Shown here: one piece after another, positions 9,737-19,841 of the stretch
Layout: each line of letters opens with the position of its first letter
Position numbering within the stretch: position 1 is the stretch's first letter
Source: Bdellovibrionales bacterium
GTDB lineage: Bacteria > Bdellovibrionota > Bdellovibrionia > Bdellovibrionales > DASUEL01
Length of the DNA stretch: 64,000 bases
NCBI GenBank assembly: GCA_050250255.1
Contig: JBFWOZ010000009.1
Span: forward strand, 16,895-80,894
Direction: 5' to 3'
The notes under the pieces: generated by a model
Told to the model about the DNA's origin: nothing
Databases searched by the model: none
Seen by the model: only the letters and a program-made list of their open reading frames with translations
Translations under genes and position numbers: made by a program

Positions 9737-10873
9737 ATGAAATATTTCTCTCTTTTTCTTTCAGCCTTCCTTTTTATCGGTTGCAGTATGCTCCAACCGA
9801 AACCTCGCGTTTTGAAACTCGACAAACAGTGGATTCGCAGCACTTACGACACACCTTATAATGGATACCGTCGGGCTCACCAAATGAATCCCGTACTCAT
9901 GGATGATATGGTTCTTCAGGGAAATGCCATAGATGGATTGGCCGCTTTCCATAAAACAACAGGTCGACAACTTTGGCGAATCGATATTCAAAATGGAGTG
10001 GCTTCTGGCGCTCAGGCTTTTGATGACAAACTTTATTTTGGCGGAAGTGATGGTCAATTTTATTGTGTAGATGCCTATACTGGCCGACTGATTTGGACGC
10101 AACCCACACGTATGGAAAACCTTTCTCCACCTCTTGTAGAAAACGGTGTTGTCTATTTTCTTAGCGGAAACGACCATCTCTTTGCTCTTGATGCAAAAAC
10201 GGGAAAACAAAAATGGGTGTACACACGCACGAATTCTACGGAGCTTTCTGTCCGTGGCGGATCACGTCCTGTACTCGTACAAAACACACTTTATATTGGG
10301 TTCAGTGATGGCTACTTGGTCGCCGTTCATATAAAAGACGGAAGTGTCGCTTGGGAAAGACAAATTAATACAAACCCGCGGTTCAAAGACATCGACTCAA
10401 CTCCGGTCATTATCGGCAATACAATTTATGTCTCAGGATACGATAACGCTCTTTACGCTCTAAGCCGCGCAGACGGACAAGTTTTATGGAGACTCGAAGA
10501 GGGGAGTAGCTTTCCTGTCACCATCGCAGGCAATCGCCTCTACCAATCTACAAGTCAAAATACCCTCCGAGCTATCAATACAACAACAGGTCAGATCATT
10601 TGGTCGCGCGGAATATCTCATGGAATCTCAACTCAACCCATGCTTTACAAAGAGTACCTGATCTATGGTGAAAGCGACGGATCTCTTGTCATTGCAGATC
10701 CTACAAATGGAAATCTTATAAAAAGTTATCAGCCCGGTCAGGGTGTCAGTTCTTCTCCAACAATTGATACAGGCACGGGCTATATCTATTTTATTTCTAA
10801 CGAAGGTAATTTACACAGTTTAAAATTACACTGGGCTCGGGATGACCAAGTCCCTAATTATCGCATTCTATAG
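9737..10873 (+). CDS. bamB: PQQ-type beta-propeller lipoprotein, BamB-like
   Basis: Lipobox FIGC, repeated A(L/F)DxxTGxxxW blades and a DIDSTP motif; synteny with a yfgM-like gene. Confidence 0.65.
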   Translation: MKYFSLFLSAFLFIGCSMLQPKPRVLKLDKQWIRSTYDTPYNGYRRAHQMNPVLMDDMVLQGNAIDGLAAFHKTTGRQLWRIDIQNGVASGAQAFDDKLYFGGSDGQFYCVDAYTGRLIWTQPTRMENLSPPLVENGVVYFLSGNDHLFALDAKTGKQKWVYTRTNSTELSVRGGSRPVLVQNTLYIGFSDGYLVAVHIKDGSVAWERQINTNPRFKDIDSTPVIIGNTIYVSGYDNALYALSRADGQVLWRLEEGSSFPVTIAGNRLYQSTSQNTLRAINTTTGQIIWSRGISHGISTQPMLYKEYLIYGESDGSLVIADPTNGNLIKSYQPGQGVSSSPTIDTGTGYIYFISNEGNLHSLKLHWARDDQVPNYRIL

Positions 10874-10876
10874 GAG

Positions 10877-11458
10877 ATGTTCATGACTCTTCGTCTCAGT
10901 TTTATTTTGTTTTTATCAGTCATTTTTTTAAACGGTTGCAGCATGAATCGCTGCAAGACGATCGTAGATCCTAACCCTCCGGCAGCGGCCGTTGAGGACA
11001 CGAGCGAAAAAACAGAGGCGGCCGCTAAGAACAGTCCTTGGGCAACACCCTCTCATAATCCTTCTATGACTCAACTGCCAGGCCAGGTATCCTCCTCTAC
11101 AGCTTTACCACCTCCAGCGGATACGAAAGCAGTGGCGACACCTGTAACATCAACTCTGGGTCAACCCATTGCCGTCCCCGATGTCGAAAGCTCTGACAAA
11201 AACGGACCTACCGTTAGAATCTTTAAATATGATGGCTCCAGGCAATGTGGACAGGGAAAACCACAAACTCTCGAGATTATGGCAAGAGATCTCAAAGGCA
11301 TTACTATCCTCTCACAAGAAAATAAAAATGATGGAATGATGCGCATTCAAATGTGTGGGGCGCCTACTGGAAATGCAAATATTTACGAAATCTATCAAAA
11401 GGATATGAAAAAAGCCTTTAAGAAAGGCTTTCGTGAGTGGAAGGCCGAAGGTCAATAA
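10877..11458 (+). CDS. Hypothetical lipoprotein with Pro/Ser/Thr linker
   Basis: Lipobox LNGC, a low-complexity linker and a small C-terminal domain with two Cys. Confidence 0.7.
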   Translation: MFMTLRLSFILFLSVIFLNGCSMNRCKTIVDPNPPAAAVEDTSEKTEAAAKNSPWATPSHNPSMTQLPGQVSSSTALPPPADTKAVATPVTSTLGQPIAVPDVESSDKNGPTVRIFKYDGSRQCGQGKPQTLEIMARDLKGITILSQENKNDGMMRIQMCGAPTGNANIYEIYQKDMKKAFKKGFREWKAEGQ

Positions 11459-12234
11459 AACCTTCTTGGAGTTTTCTATTGTTCTCACAATTTAAAAAAA
11501 TCTTATTGCGCTTCACTCAAGGAGAGAAAACTCAATCCGAGGTTTCTCTAGAAACTCCTCGCGCACCCCGCATTAAACCTACCGTTATCCATAACGTACA
11601 TTTTCATACTGAAAACAAACCTCTCGGCATTGCAGGTATTTTTAATATTTCTGTTACCGGAATTGGTCTGCTTAATGTCGGACTTCCTGAAGGGATGGAT
11701 ATTGGCAGTGCCTTTCACGGTCATTTAAATATTGCTGGGAAGTCATTTACTGTTCACTTGAGAGTTGCCCATATTAACGGACAAATTATTGGATGCGCCT
11801 TCGAAGGAGACTCTCATGATGTCAGCAAAGCGATCTATGACTATTTTGTTGCCGAAATTTCGGCCATGGAAGTCACTGAAGTCAATGCAAGTTTACTTAA
11901 AAAAGATTCACGAGGTGATCCTCGTTGGTTTTTTGGCGCGAATAACTCAGAAGTATACATCACTGAAACCGACGGTCGCATTTCTTATTTTCACGTCACG
12001 CTTCTAGGAAATTATTTTGAATCATACGCCGATGGTGAACCTAAGTTTGGTTACATCGTAGGAAATGATTCTAATAATAATTTAAAGCCTGACCAAGCGG
12101 CATTGATTCAATATACAAACCAGATGCCTCAAGAAACTTTAAATTTGATTGGTGCGTTTGTACGAAGCATGACGGCGCTTCCTCAAGAACACAAAGCCTT
12201 TATTCTCTCTGTGCTCTCGGAAGCTTTAGACTAA
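11437..12234 (+). CDS. PilZ-domain protein
   Basis: RAPR followed by NISVTG resembles the PilZ c-di-GMP-binding motifs. The start codon is uncertain. Confidence 0.6.
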   Translation: MEGRRSIKPSWSFLLFSQFKKILLRFTQGEKTQSEVSLETPRAPRIKPTVIHNVHFHTENKPLGIAGIFNISVTGIGLLNVGLPEGMDIGSAFHGHLNIAGKSFTVHLRVAHINGQIIGCAFEGDSHDVSKAIYDYFVAEISAMEVTEVNASLLKKDSRGDPRWFFGANNSEVYITETDGRISYFHVTLLGNYFESYADGEPKFGYIVGNDSNNNLKPDQAALIQYTNQMPQETLNLIGAFVRSMTALPQEHKAFILSVLSEALD

Positions 12235-15156
12235 TTATTGAAGATCTAATTCTACGATTTTATCGTTACAAATAAAAACGGCCTGTGCGGGTGTCGTATC
12301 TGTTGCTCGTCGGAAGTTCTGCTCCTTACATCCATTTGAAACATAGATACGACTTTGCGCAGGTTTCACGAGTCCATTTTCGCCAGCCACTATAACCTCA
12401 ACGGCACCGTTGAGGTTATAGCTTGGTGCATAGGCAGCAAGTTTACCATCCACTTCGAGAGGAAAAAAGAATCCCTCATAGAGAAGTGAAGGAAGAAAAC
12501 TAAAACGGTTCGCGCTTAGCGCGTAGGTTTTTCCGGTGATTAGGTTTTTGTAAACCAGATCGTACTGTGAAAGAGCAAACACTTCTTTTTGCTGAGTTTC
12601 ATACTTCGCACCAATAATTTTAAGCAAAGAATCCAACTTATTAATGGGGCTAAGCACAAAATCTTCAGATAATATGTCTGAGTTACGCGTATGAATGAAA
12701 GTGATTTTTTGCTGCCCAGGAAGAGCTGGGCCCGCAAAAGACTTTACGGATGGATTTTGAGTAAATAAATCTGGAGCCGTTAAACCTTCTAATAGACGGA
12801 ACTGACTTAGACCAATTTTGACTTCGTTTTTCTTACCTTCAATTAAATCCGTAATCTTTTGAGTGACATAATAAAAATTTTCAAAGCTACTGCCTTTTAA
12901 ATACAACACCAGATCATCAAAGGTTGTAAGCGCTAGTGTGTCCTTAGGATCTGGAATAACTCTTAATCCTTCTTCAGCAAGATAATAAATATGAAAAGTT
13001 CGTTTCTTATCAGGGTTTGGATCACGTGGCGTAGGCCTAGGCATATCTAAAGGAGGAATTTCTCCCATACCTTTAAAGAAAATACGTTCAAAACCTTTAA
13101 GAAGAACCCATGAATATTGATCGGGGAGTGCCGTAATCTTTTGATCCAAGAGAACGTAGGATTTATCGCCAAATGCGACAAGTGGTTTTAAGAAACGATC
13201 ACGGTAATGAATTTCAGTACCGTTAAACGAATCGGTTCCACCACTACTTACAGTAAAGAAAAACACGAGATCCGCAATACCATCTCGGTTTAAATCTCTT
13301 TGCTCTACCTTAATTAGAGTGCTTTCAAAATCACCCTCTTTAACTGATTCGCCAACGCCCAAAGTTTCTTCCGTCACGACACGGTAGACGTTCATATCTC
13401 GGCGGAGCAATCGATAAGACCATTTTCTATTTTCTAATTTCTTTACTAGAAGAAAATCTGTTGATCCGTCGATAGAACGATACTCTTCACCTTCCTGAAG
13501 CGACACGCCTTGGATTTGGAAAACGCTGACACCTTTTTGTTCTGGCTGTAAAAGAGCCAAAGTTGGGACCATGATTTGCAATTGAAGTTTATAAGTCGAG
13601 ATCACTTTCCCGTCAGATAACACGTCTAATTTTAATTGATCTTCGCCGCTTTGTGACTCATTTACTGGGTATCTGAAGAGAATTGTTTTTTGAACACCCT
13701 TTGGCCAAAGATCAATTTTCTCTGTTGAAACCTGCAGTTCCGTACCATCGCTCGTTCGTGACGCGCGGAAAGAAATATTTTTTCCGTCAAGCCATAGATT
13801 TTTTAAAAGAACCTGACCCATAACGAAAGGATTTTTACGATCCCAGAGGAGACGAATATCTTCCTGTTTCACAGGATAAATGAGAGCTTGTGGTGTTAGT
13901 TGAAAACTTTTTTCCATGTCCAGATTACCAGACAACAGAGTTTTATTTTGCCATGTTTGGAACTGAGAAGCTCTTGGCTCACGAGCACCCAAAATAAGTC
14001 GCGCGAAGGCCTCTTGCGGCGAAATCTCTTGAGAGAGCATCATTGCGAGAGCTCCTGCTACAAACGGAGCAGCCATACTCGTACCGTTTTTATATTCATA
14101 ACCGTAGCGGATATAATATTTTTTAGGTCTAATCGTAGTAGGGTAAGTGCTTAAAATACTAAAACCTGGTGCCGCAATATCCGCGAGGCTACCAAAATTT
14201 GAAAAATGGCTAACAGCTCCATCAGGTCCATAAGAAGCGACGCAAATCACTTGAGCGTAAGCACATGGAAGAATTGGCTGATTCGCCGAATCGTTTCCAG
14301 CTGCGGAAACAATCATCACTCCATTTTTTTGAGCATAATCAAGGATCTCACGAATTGTTTTTTGGTTAGGGTCAATAATCGCAGGCCAGCCGATAGAGAT
14401 GTTAATGACCTTTGCGCCAGATCGAATGGCGTAAACAATCCCACGAGAAATAGCTGTGACAAAACCTCTTTGCTTTGAAAGCTCCGAGTCCAATGGTAAT
14501 CCATCACTCGTTTGTTCAAGAGTGCCCATGGGGCCCGTGGGAGTTTGACCCGAACCAATCACTTTTACAGGAAGAATCTTAACAAATCCCGTAGCAAGAC
14601 CTTTAGTCACACCACCGGCACCAGATGCAGAAATAATCCCGGCGATGTGAGTGCCGTGACCCGCTTGATCTTGAACGTTAAAACTACCACGAGTTCCATC
14701 ACCTTCTTTTGCTGTAAAATTAAATCCATTACAATCAAGAGGGTAACCATTCTTATCAGTGTCAACTACACCCGTTGTTTTTTCACATTGGATGATCTTT
14801 GGTTTATCTAATTTTGCCTCTTTTAAACAAGCAAGATGAGCTTTTAACGCCTCACACTCAGTAGGTTTAGTGGCGATGTAAGGAGCCAATTCTGGATGAT
14901 CTACTTGCACACCCGTATCGACAACAGCAACAATAATTTCCTTCTTTGGAGTGGCCGGAAGATTTCGTAAACGAAGATCTTCGCCCACCACCGCCGGGAA
15001 TTCAATGGTTTTTAAATCTTCTAAATCCACAGGTACAGAAGCACCTTGATTATTGAAGTACCACAGAGAGTCAGGTCCATTTGCATTTACGATGCTGATT
15101 CCACTTAGAATCACAATTAGGGAGGCCAGGAGAATTTTGATTTTTACATGTTTCAT
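12235..15156 (-). CDS. Secreted S8 (subtilisin-family) serine protease with long C-terminal extension
   Basis: Catalytic triad VAVVDTG / GHGTHIAG / GTSMAAP, oxyanion SAAGND, a signal peptide and an FG-GAP-like DLNRDGIADL motif. Confidence 0.92.
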   Translation of the reverse strand: MKHVKIKILLASLIVILSGISIVNANGPDSLWYFNNQGASVPVDLEDLKTIEFPAVVGEDLRLRNLPATPKKEIIVAVVDTGVQVDHPELAPYIATKPTECEALKAHLACLKEAKLDKPKIIQCEKTTGVVDTDKNGYPLDCNGFNFTAKEGDGTRGSFNVQDQAGHGTHIAGIISASGAGGVTKGLATGFVKILPVKVIGSGQTPTGPMGTLEQTSDGLPLDSELSKQRGFVTAISRGIVYAIRSGAKVINISIGWPAIIDPNQKTIREILDYAQKNGVMIVSAAGNDSANQPILPCAYAQVICVASYGPDGAVSHFSNFGSLADIAAPGFSILSTYPTTIRPKKYYIRYGYEYKNGTSMAAPFVAGALAMMLSQEISPQEAFARLILGAREPRASQFQTWQNKTLLSGNLDMEKSFQLTPQALIYPVKQEDIRLLWDRKNPFVMGQVLLKNLWLDGKNISFRASRTSDGTELQVSTEKIDLWPKGVQKTILFRYPVNESQSGEDQLKLDVLSDGKVISTYKLQLQIMVPTLALLQPEQKGVSVFQIQGVSLQEGEEYRSIDGSTDFLLVKKLENRKWSYRLLRRDMNVYRVVTEETLGVGESVKEGDFESTLIKVEQRDLNRDGIADLVFFFTVSSGGTDSFNGTEIHYRDRFLKPLVAFGDKSYVLLDQKITALPDQYSWVLLKGFERIFFKGMGEIPPLDMPRPTPRDPNPDKKRTFHIYYLAEEGLRVIPDPKDTLALTTFDDLVLYLKGSSFENFYYVTQKITDLIEGKKNEVKIGLSQFRLLEGLTAPDLFTQNPSVKSFAGPALPGQQKITFIHTRNSDILSEDFVLSPINKLDSLLKIIGAKYETQQKEVFALSQYDLVYKNLITGKTYALSANRFSFLPSLLYEGFFFPLEVDGKLAAYAPSYNLNGAVEVIVAGENGLVKPAQSRIYVSNGCKEQNFRRATDTTPAQAVFICNDKIVELDLQ

Positions 15157-15165
15157 AATTACTCC

Positions 15166-18100
15166 TTAAAATCCATCGCCTAAATAACGACCAAATAACT
15201 CGTAAGCGAGAATTTTATATTTTTTGACAAATTGTCCAAAGATCCCTTGTTCCAGTTCCGTGCTGTAGGTTCCTAAAGAATCAGAGAAGTACTCTTGTCC
15301 GCCTTCTAAATTCATGCGCTCATCATTTTTTCTAAAACCATTCACTCGAACCTGAAAGAAATAATTCTCATAACCTAAAATTTTTAGCACTTCGTAGAGT
15401 GGAAGCTGGCCTTGCAAAAGATCAACGATTTGATTTTGGATCTTAATAATATCTTTTTTCTCCACAGGAGGCGCATTCCTAAACTCAAGGAGTCTCTGCA
15501 TCCAAGGGAGAAGGCAAGGGTACTGCTGTTCAGCATTGATACTCGCCAAAAAACTTCTGTAGGCTGGATTCGCTAACGTGAATACCTTTGCGTTCTTACA
15601 TTGCGTTTCATAAGCATGTCGACCGCCGATTTCAATCAACCGAGACACGACTTGCGCCTCTTGTCCTCTTTGACCCGCCTTTAAAAACTCTCTGCGAATT
15701 TTTTCCAAGCCCGACGGATAAACAACTAACTGAGACTTGATTTCATAAAGCTGAAAATCCGTTACTTCGTTAAAAACTTCTTTTCTCATGAAAGGATGCC
15801 CAAGGTTGAGGCCCGATACACTTCTTTCAATAGAATCAATAATTTTATAAAAGTCTTTTTTCTTTAAGTTCCAACCGGTCCAGTAGTTTTCGCTAATGGT
15901 GACGGGGTGAAAACTTTGACCGTCTGTCACTTCCGCTTCTGTAGAAATCGTCGACCACTTGGCTTTACCTGCAACAGATGTAAGATTATTTCCACCGACT
16001 CCTCCTGGCCCAAACCCTGGGGCCGCAGCATTCACGATGTCGGAGAGAAGAGAGTAATAATTAACACCGCTTCGGCGTACTTTTCTGACAGAGAAAAGAT
16101 GCGCATCGTATTTTTCTTCTGTGACGTTTTCTTGTTCGCTTTTAGGTGCTCCATCTAAGGGACGAAATTTTAAAGAAACCGTATGTGCTTCATCGAGAGT
16201 ATCTTTCTTTAAAAAGAGAAAGGAGAAACGACTCGACCTTGAAGAGTAATCGTGACCTAATCGGTAGGGAAGGTAGTTACTCTCTAAAAGTTCTGGGCTA
16301 TTTCCGCGAATAAGACCTCTTAACGCTAAACCAATTTTCACATTTCGCTTGTAACCTTCAGAATCGAATTTTCCTGTTGGTTTTTCATCCCCTTCTTTAA
16401 AGTCGATGATGTAGGCACGAGTTTTAGCCACTGCTTTTTTCGGACTGCTTGCGAAGTTTATAATATCAATCCAGAATGAAAGACCAAAATCATGGCTTAC
16501 GGCACCAGAAGCAGCGTCTGTAAGATAGATGTGAAAACCGTCGGCCGTACGAGTGATATAGGTCTTTCGAAGCATAATGAGGTTTCCAGATACCCCATAA
16601 CGAGCTACAAATTCTTGTCCGAGCATGACTGGGATACCCAAAATAGCTGAGATGGGAATTGCAGCCGAGGCTCCGGCACCACCGCCGATAGAGTCAGTAA
16701 CTATGAAAGTTTCTCCCACTTTCATAGCTTTCGCGAAAGCATCAAAAGACTTTTCGTATTCTTCATCTTTTAAGTCCGCTTTAATCAAATCGCCAAGCCC
16801 CAACATAAAATTCAAAACATGAATGTCGTCGCGCGGTTCATTTTCCACCGCAGCTAAACTCGGAAGCGCTCGAACGTGAGCGAAGTCCCGCCGATAAAAT
16901 ACGTTCGCTGAAGCGGTAGGGAGAACATTTTCTTGAGATGTGTTTGTTAAAAAATAACCAAGAGACGCCTGGACAGCTAAAGAGTCGACGAGTTGAATCT
17001 TTGAATCCACACCATAATAAGTTCCAGAAGAAACGGAACGACCAGCTTGGATGCTTGCACCCGCCAGCATCCCGCCCCAGGTATCTAACGGAAAACTGCC
17101 TGGAGCTTCAGGATTTTCGATGTAGCGTTGAATGAACTCTTCAATATCTTTACCCCGACCAGCCGTGATGTCTTCGATCGTTTTCGCCGGAAATTTCTTT
17201 GTAATCGCCTCGAGAACTTTTGAAAGCCCAATACCTTGAGCCTCAAGTCTCATAAATTTCGCAATTTCACCAAGACGAATAGGCGACTCTACATCACCAA
17301 AGGTAAAACGCACGCTGATTCCAGGATAAAATTCTTGGGTCGCTTTACCATTCACTACTTTACCGACGTTCACTTGTGTTTCAAATGGCATTTGCGGAAA
17401 CTCTGCTCCAAGTCCTGCTAAATGAATGAGATGGTTACGTCTTGAAATAAGTTTTTCAAGAAAAAGAGCGGCAATATCTGATGGATAGGCACCAGCCGTT
17501 ACGATTTCTTCAAAATCTTTGCGAGTGAGTTTTGCAATTTTTCGAGCGACCCAACGAATGTCTTGGTAATCCGTATCTGTAAATTCATTGGCGAATACCT
17601 GGTTCATGACAAGAAGGTTATTCACGACCTTACCCATTTCCCAACCAAACATATTCACGTTTTCTGGCATATCCGCCAAAACAAAGAGAGTAATCAAAGC
17701 TCGTGTAGAGCGCTTGCTACCTACGAAACTTTTCTGCGCAACGCCCCAATGAAATTGCGGAACGGTGAGATCAGCAGGCTCCAAGATGACATCTTGCAAA
17801 GTAACTTCTGAGTTTTCAGTATTTTTGCGATCGGTCTCAGGAATCCAGCGTAGACCGTCACTGAGTGTATCTGCAGAAAGTTTGTTAATGAACCGTTGGC
17901 GACATTCTTCTTTCGTTGTGCCACAGAAATTCTTTTCTAATTTTACCTTAAGAAGCGGGTAGTGTTTAATTGCGCTTGTGTTGTAGCCCACTTTTCTCAT
18001 GAGAGCACTGCGCACTAAAGCGCCATGTCCCTGAGGGCTTACCCAAAGGATGAAGTTTCGTCCCTGACTATCGATGACCGTCATGCGCGAAACGCTCAGA

Positions 18101-18429
18101 AGGTCTCCGACCTTCACCGCACCTAAACTAGAATCGTACTCGACCTCAGATTTTTCTGGAAAAGATATTGCGACACGCTTAGGGTCTGTTGGCCAAAGGT
18201 TGTTAGGCTCAGGATCGAGTTGGCTAAGATCTACTTTGTTTTTTAAAAGTTCTGCTGCTTGATCTGAATCAATCGTTTTTCCTTGGTACTGAAGATCATT
18301 AGCGGGGCGCTTTGCGCGGTTGACGGGGATTGCGACCGAAGCAGCAAACACCCAATTTGGCAACGCAAGGATTAAAAACACTCCTGCAAGAAAACGAGTC
18401 AAAAATTTATTCGTCGAATTCTTCGCCAT
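15166..18429 (-). CDS. Large secreted hypothetical protein co-operonic with the S8 protease
   Basis: 1087 aa with a signal peptide; 9-nt gap to the S8 start containing an AGGAG RBS. Confidence 0.8.
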   Translation of the reverse strand: MAKNSTNKFLTRFLAGVFLILALPNWVFAASVAIPVNRAKRPANDLQYQGKTIDSDQAAELLKNKVDLSQLDPEPNNLWPTDPKRVAISFPEKSEVEYDSSLGAVKVGDLLSVSRMTVIDSQGRNFILWVSPQGHGALVRSALMRKVGYNTSAIKHYPLLKVKLEKNFCGTTKEECRQRFINKLSADTLSDGLRWIPETDRKNTENSEVTLQDVILEPADLTVPQFHWGVAQKSFVGSKRSTRALITLFVLADMPENVNMFGWEMGKVVNNLLVMNQVFANEFTDTDYQDIRWVARKIAKLTRKDFEEIVTAGAYPSDIAALFLEKLISRRNHLIHLAGLGAEFPQMPFETQVNVGKVVNGKATQEFYPGISVRFTFGDVESPIRLGEIAKFMRLEAQGIGLSKVLEAITKKFPAKTIEDITAGRGKDIEEFIQRYIENPEAPGSFPLDTWGGMLAGASIQAGRSVSSGTYYGVDSKIQLVDSLAVQASLGYFLTNTSQENVLPTASANVFYRRDFAHVRALPSLAAVENEPRDDIHVLNFMLGLGDLIKADLKDEEYEKSFDAFAKAMKVGETFIVTDSIGGGAGASAAIPISAILGIPVMLGQEFVARYGVSGNLIMLRKTYITRTADGFHIYLTDAASGAVSHDFGLSFWIDIINFASSPKKAVAKTRAYIIDFKEGDEKPTGKFDSEGYKRNVKIGLALRGLIRGNSPELLESNYLPYRLGHDYSSRSSRFSFLFLKKDTLDEAHTVSLKFRPLDGAPKSEQENVTEEKYDAHLFSVRKVRRSGVNYYSLLSDIVNAAAPGFGPGGVGGNNLTSVAGKAKWSTISTEAEVTDGQSFHPVTISENYWTGWNLKKKDFYKIIDSIERSVSGLNLGHPFMRKEVFNEVTDFQLYEIKSQLVVYPSGLEKIRREFLKAGQRGQEAQVVSRLIEIGGRHAYETQCKNAKVFTLANPAYRSFLASINAEQQYPCLLPWMQRLLEFRNAPPVEKKDIIKIQNQIVDLLQGQLPLYEVLKILGYENYFFQVRVNGFRKNDERMNLEGGQEYFSDSLGTYSTELEQGIFGQFVKKYKILAYELFGRYLGDGF

Positions 18430-18558
18430 TCAAACTCCATCGAAAAAGTCTCAATTAAAGGGGGAACATACCATACACTGTAAAAGGGGAGCGAGGTACG
18501 ATCTGGTGATTGTATTTTCGATCTGTCGAGGGAGTAGACAAAATTTGAGGCACGTCTG

Positions 18559-18590
18559 AAAAAAAGAAAAGGCCTCTAGAAGAGACCTTT
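18559..18590 (-). terminator. Intrinsic terminator after lipoprotein copy 1
   Basis: Minus strand aaaggtctct-tct-agaggccttt followed by a T-rich run. Confidence 0.7.
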
Positions 18591-18616
18591 CAAAAGTGTT
18601 TAATATTTAAACAATA

Positions 18617-19636
18617 TTAGTTCATAAGGCTGCCGTAAAAGAAGCCGAGAACTTCTCTCATTGTCTCTGGACTTGTTCTCCAGTTTTGAGCAGCTTCACC
18701 AACAAGGGAATCCATCTCCTTCAAAGCAAGCTCCGTCTTTCCATCACGAGCCATGAGGGCTACGTCTTCAATACGACCGAGCTCAATTCCATAAACACGC
18801 TTAGAAAAAGCAGCCATGTCAGCATGCGTACGAGCGCGCTTAGAACCGATCTCTGACCAATCAACGAGTGAAGCAGCAGCTTGTTCGCTGACATCTGCAT
18901 CTAAAGAGAACTTTGCCTGAAGAACTTCAGAGATACCCTTTACTTGATCGGCACGTTGTTCAGCAATTGTGCCCATGACATCTTGACCTTGTTGTCCACC
19001 CGTAGCGCGAGCAAGGTTTAGTGCTGTTCCATTATAACCATATTCAACGCCAGAAGGGCTACGCATGAACATATCATTAAGCGTATTTACATTTCCTGGC
19101 TGCGTTGTTCTCCATCCGAAATTCCACCCACCTAATTGATTCTCGTAAAACGTTTTTGAAAGATGCCAATCTCTAACATTAATTTCTCGTCCATCTGGCG
19201 TTTTCACATAATGTTCGTAATTCGTAAATGTTTCGATGTATTCATGAACACGTTCCACAAAACCACCCTCACAAACGCTTTGCACAACTCTCGCGCAAGG
19301 ATCCCATTCATTTTGGATCTCAGTCTTTAATCTTGTGTCCTGAAAGGTTTTAAAACTAAAAGAAAAACCATTTAATTTAGAATAATGAGGATCTGTTTGA
19401 AGGTTGATTTTAGAACCGTCGTATTTAAAGTTACAACCCGGTCGAGGTTCACCCTCGCTACAGATCTGCGCCATAGAGTTAAACCAAGCATTTTTATTCA
19501 CATCGGGATTGTTACGAAGCACATCAAATGGATCTACTTTTGGAGCTGAACCGCCACCGCTGCCTCCTCCTCCGTTACAAGCTGACATTATTAATGCCAA
19601 GACGAAAACTAAAGTGCAATTAAAAACAAACTTCAT
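18617..19636 (-). CDS. Variable lipoprotein, tandem paralog copy 1
   Basis: Lipobox MSAC, a Gly-rich tether, the conserved NSMAQICSEGEPRPGCNFKYDGS block and a conserved C-terminal ~120 aa. Confidence 0.88.
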   Translation of the reverse strand: MKFVFNCTLVFVLALIMSACNGGGGSGGGSAPKVDPFDVLRNNPDVNKNAWFNSMAQICSEGEPRPGCNFKYDGSKINLQTDPHYSKLNGFSFSFKTFQDTRLKTEIQNEWDPCARVVQSVCEGGFVERVHEYIETFTNYEHYVKTPDGREINVRDWHLSKTFYENQLGGWNFGWRTTQPGNVNTLNDMFMRSPSGVEYGYNGTALNLARATGGQQGQDVMGTIAEQRADQVKGISEVLQAKFSLDADVSEQAAASLVDWSEIGSKRARTHADMAAFSKRVYGIELGRIEDVALMARDGKTELALKEMDSLVGEAAQNWRTSPETMREVLGFFYGSLMN

Positions 19637-19666
19637 TTATTACCCCCTAAAACAAGGTCTATGAGT

Positions 19667-19682
19667 TGCCCTACCTATGCCA
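19667..19682 (-). promoter_or_regulatory. sigma54-type promoter of copy 1
   Basis: Minus strand TGGCATAGGTAGGGCA (GG-N10-GC). The surrounding sequence is conserved with the region upstream of copy 4. Confidence 0.55.
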
Positions 19683-19785
19683 CTGGATACTACTTAATGA
19701 GAAGGAAAATCGTCGGTCCACCGTACGGTTCTGTGTACAGGTGACGTACACATCTGCGCGAACAAAGCTAAGAAAGAGTAAAGGT

Positions 19786-19814
19786 TGATCACAAGCAATA
19801 TACGCTTGTGATCA
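19786..19814. promoter_or_regulatory. 29-bp palindrome (operator/enhancer or terminator stem)
   Basis: tgatcacaagc-N7-gcttgtgatca, with the same architecture as 30575-30603. Confidence 0.5.
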
Positions 19815-19841
19815 GAAGATTTTGCAATGCTAAATAATTTT

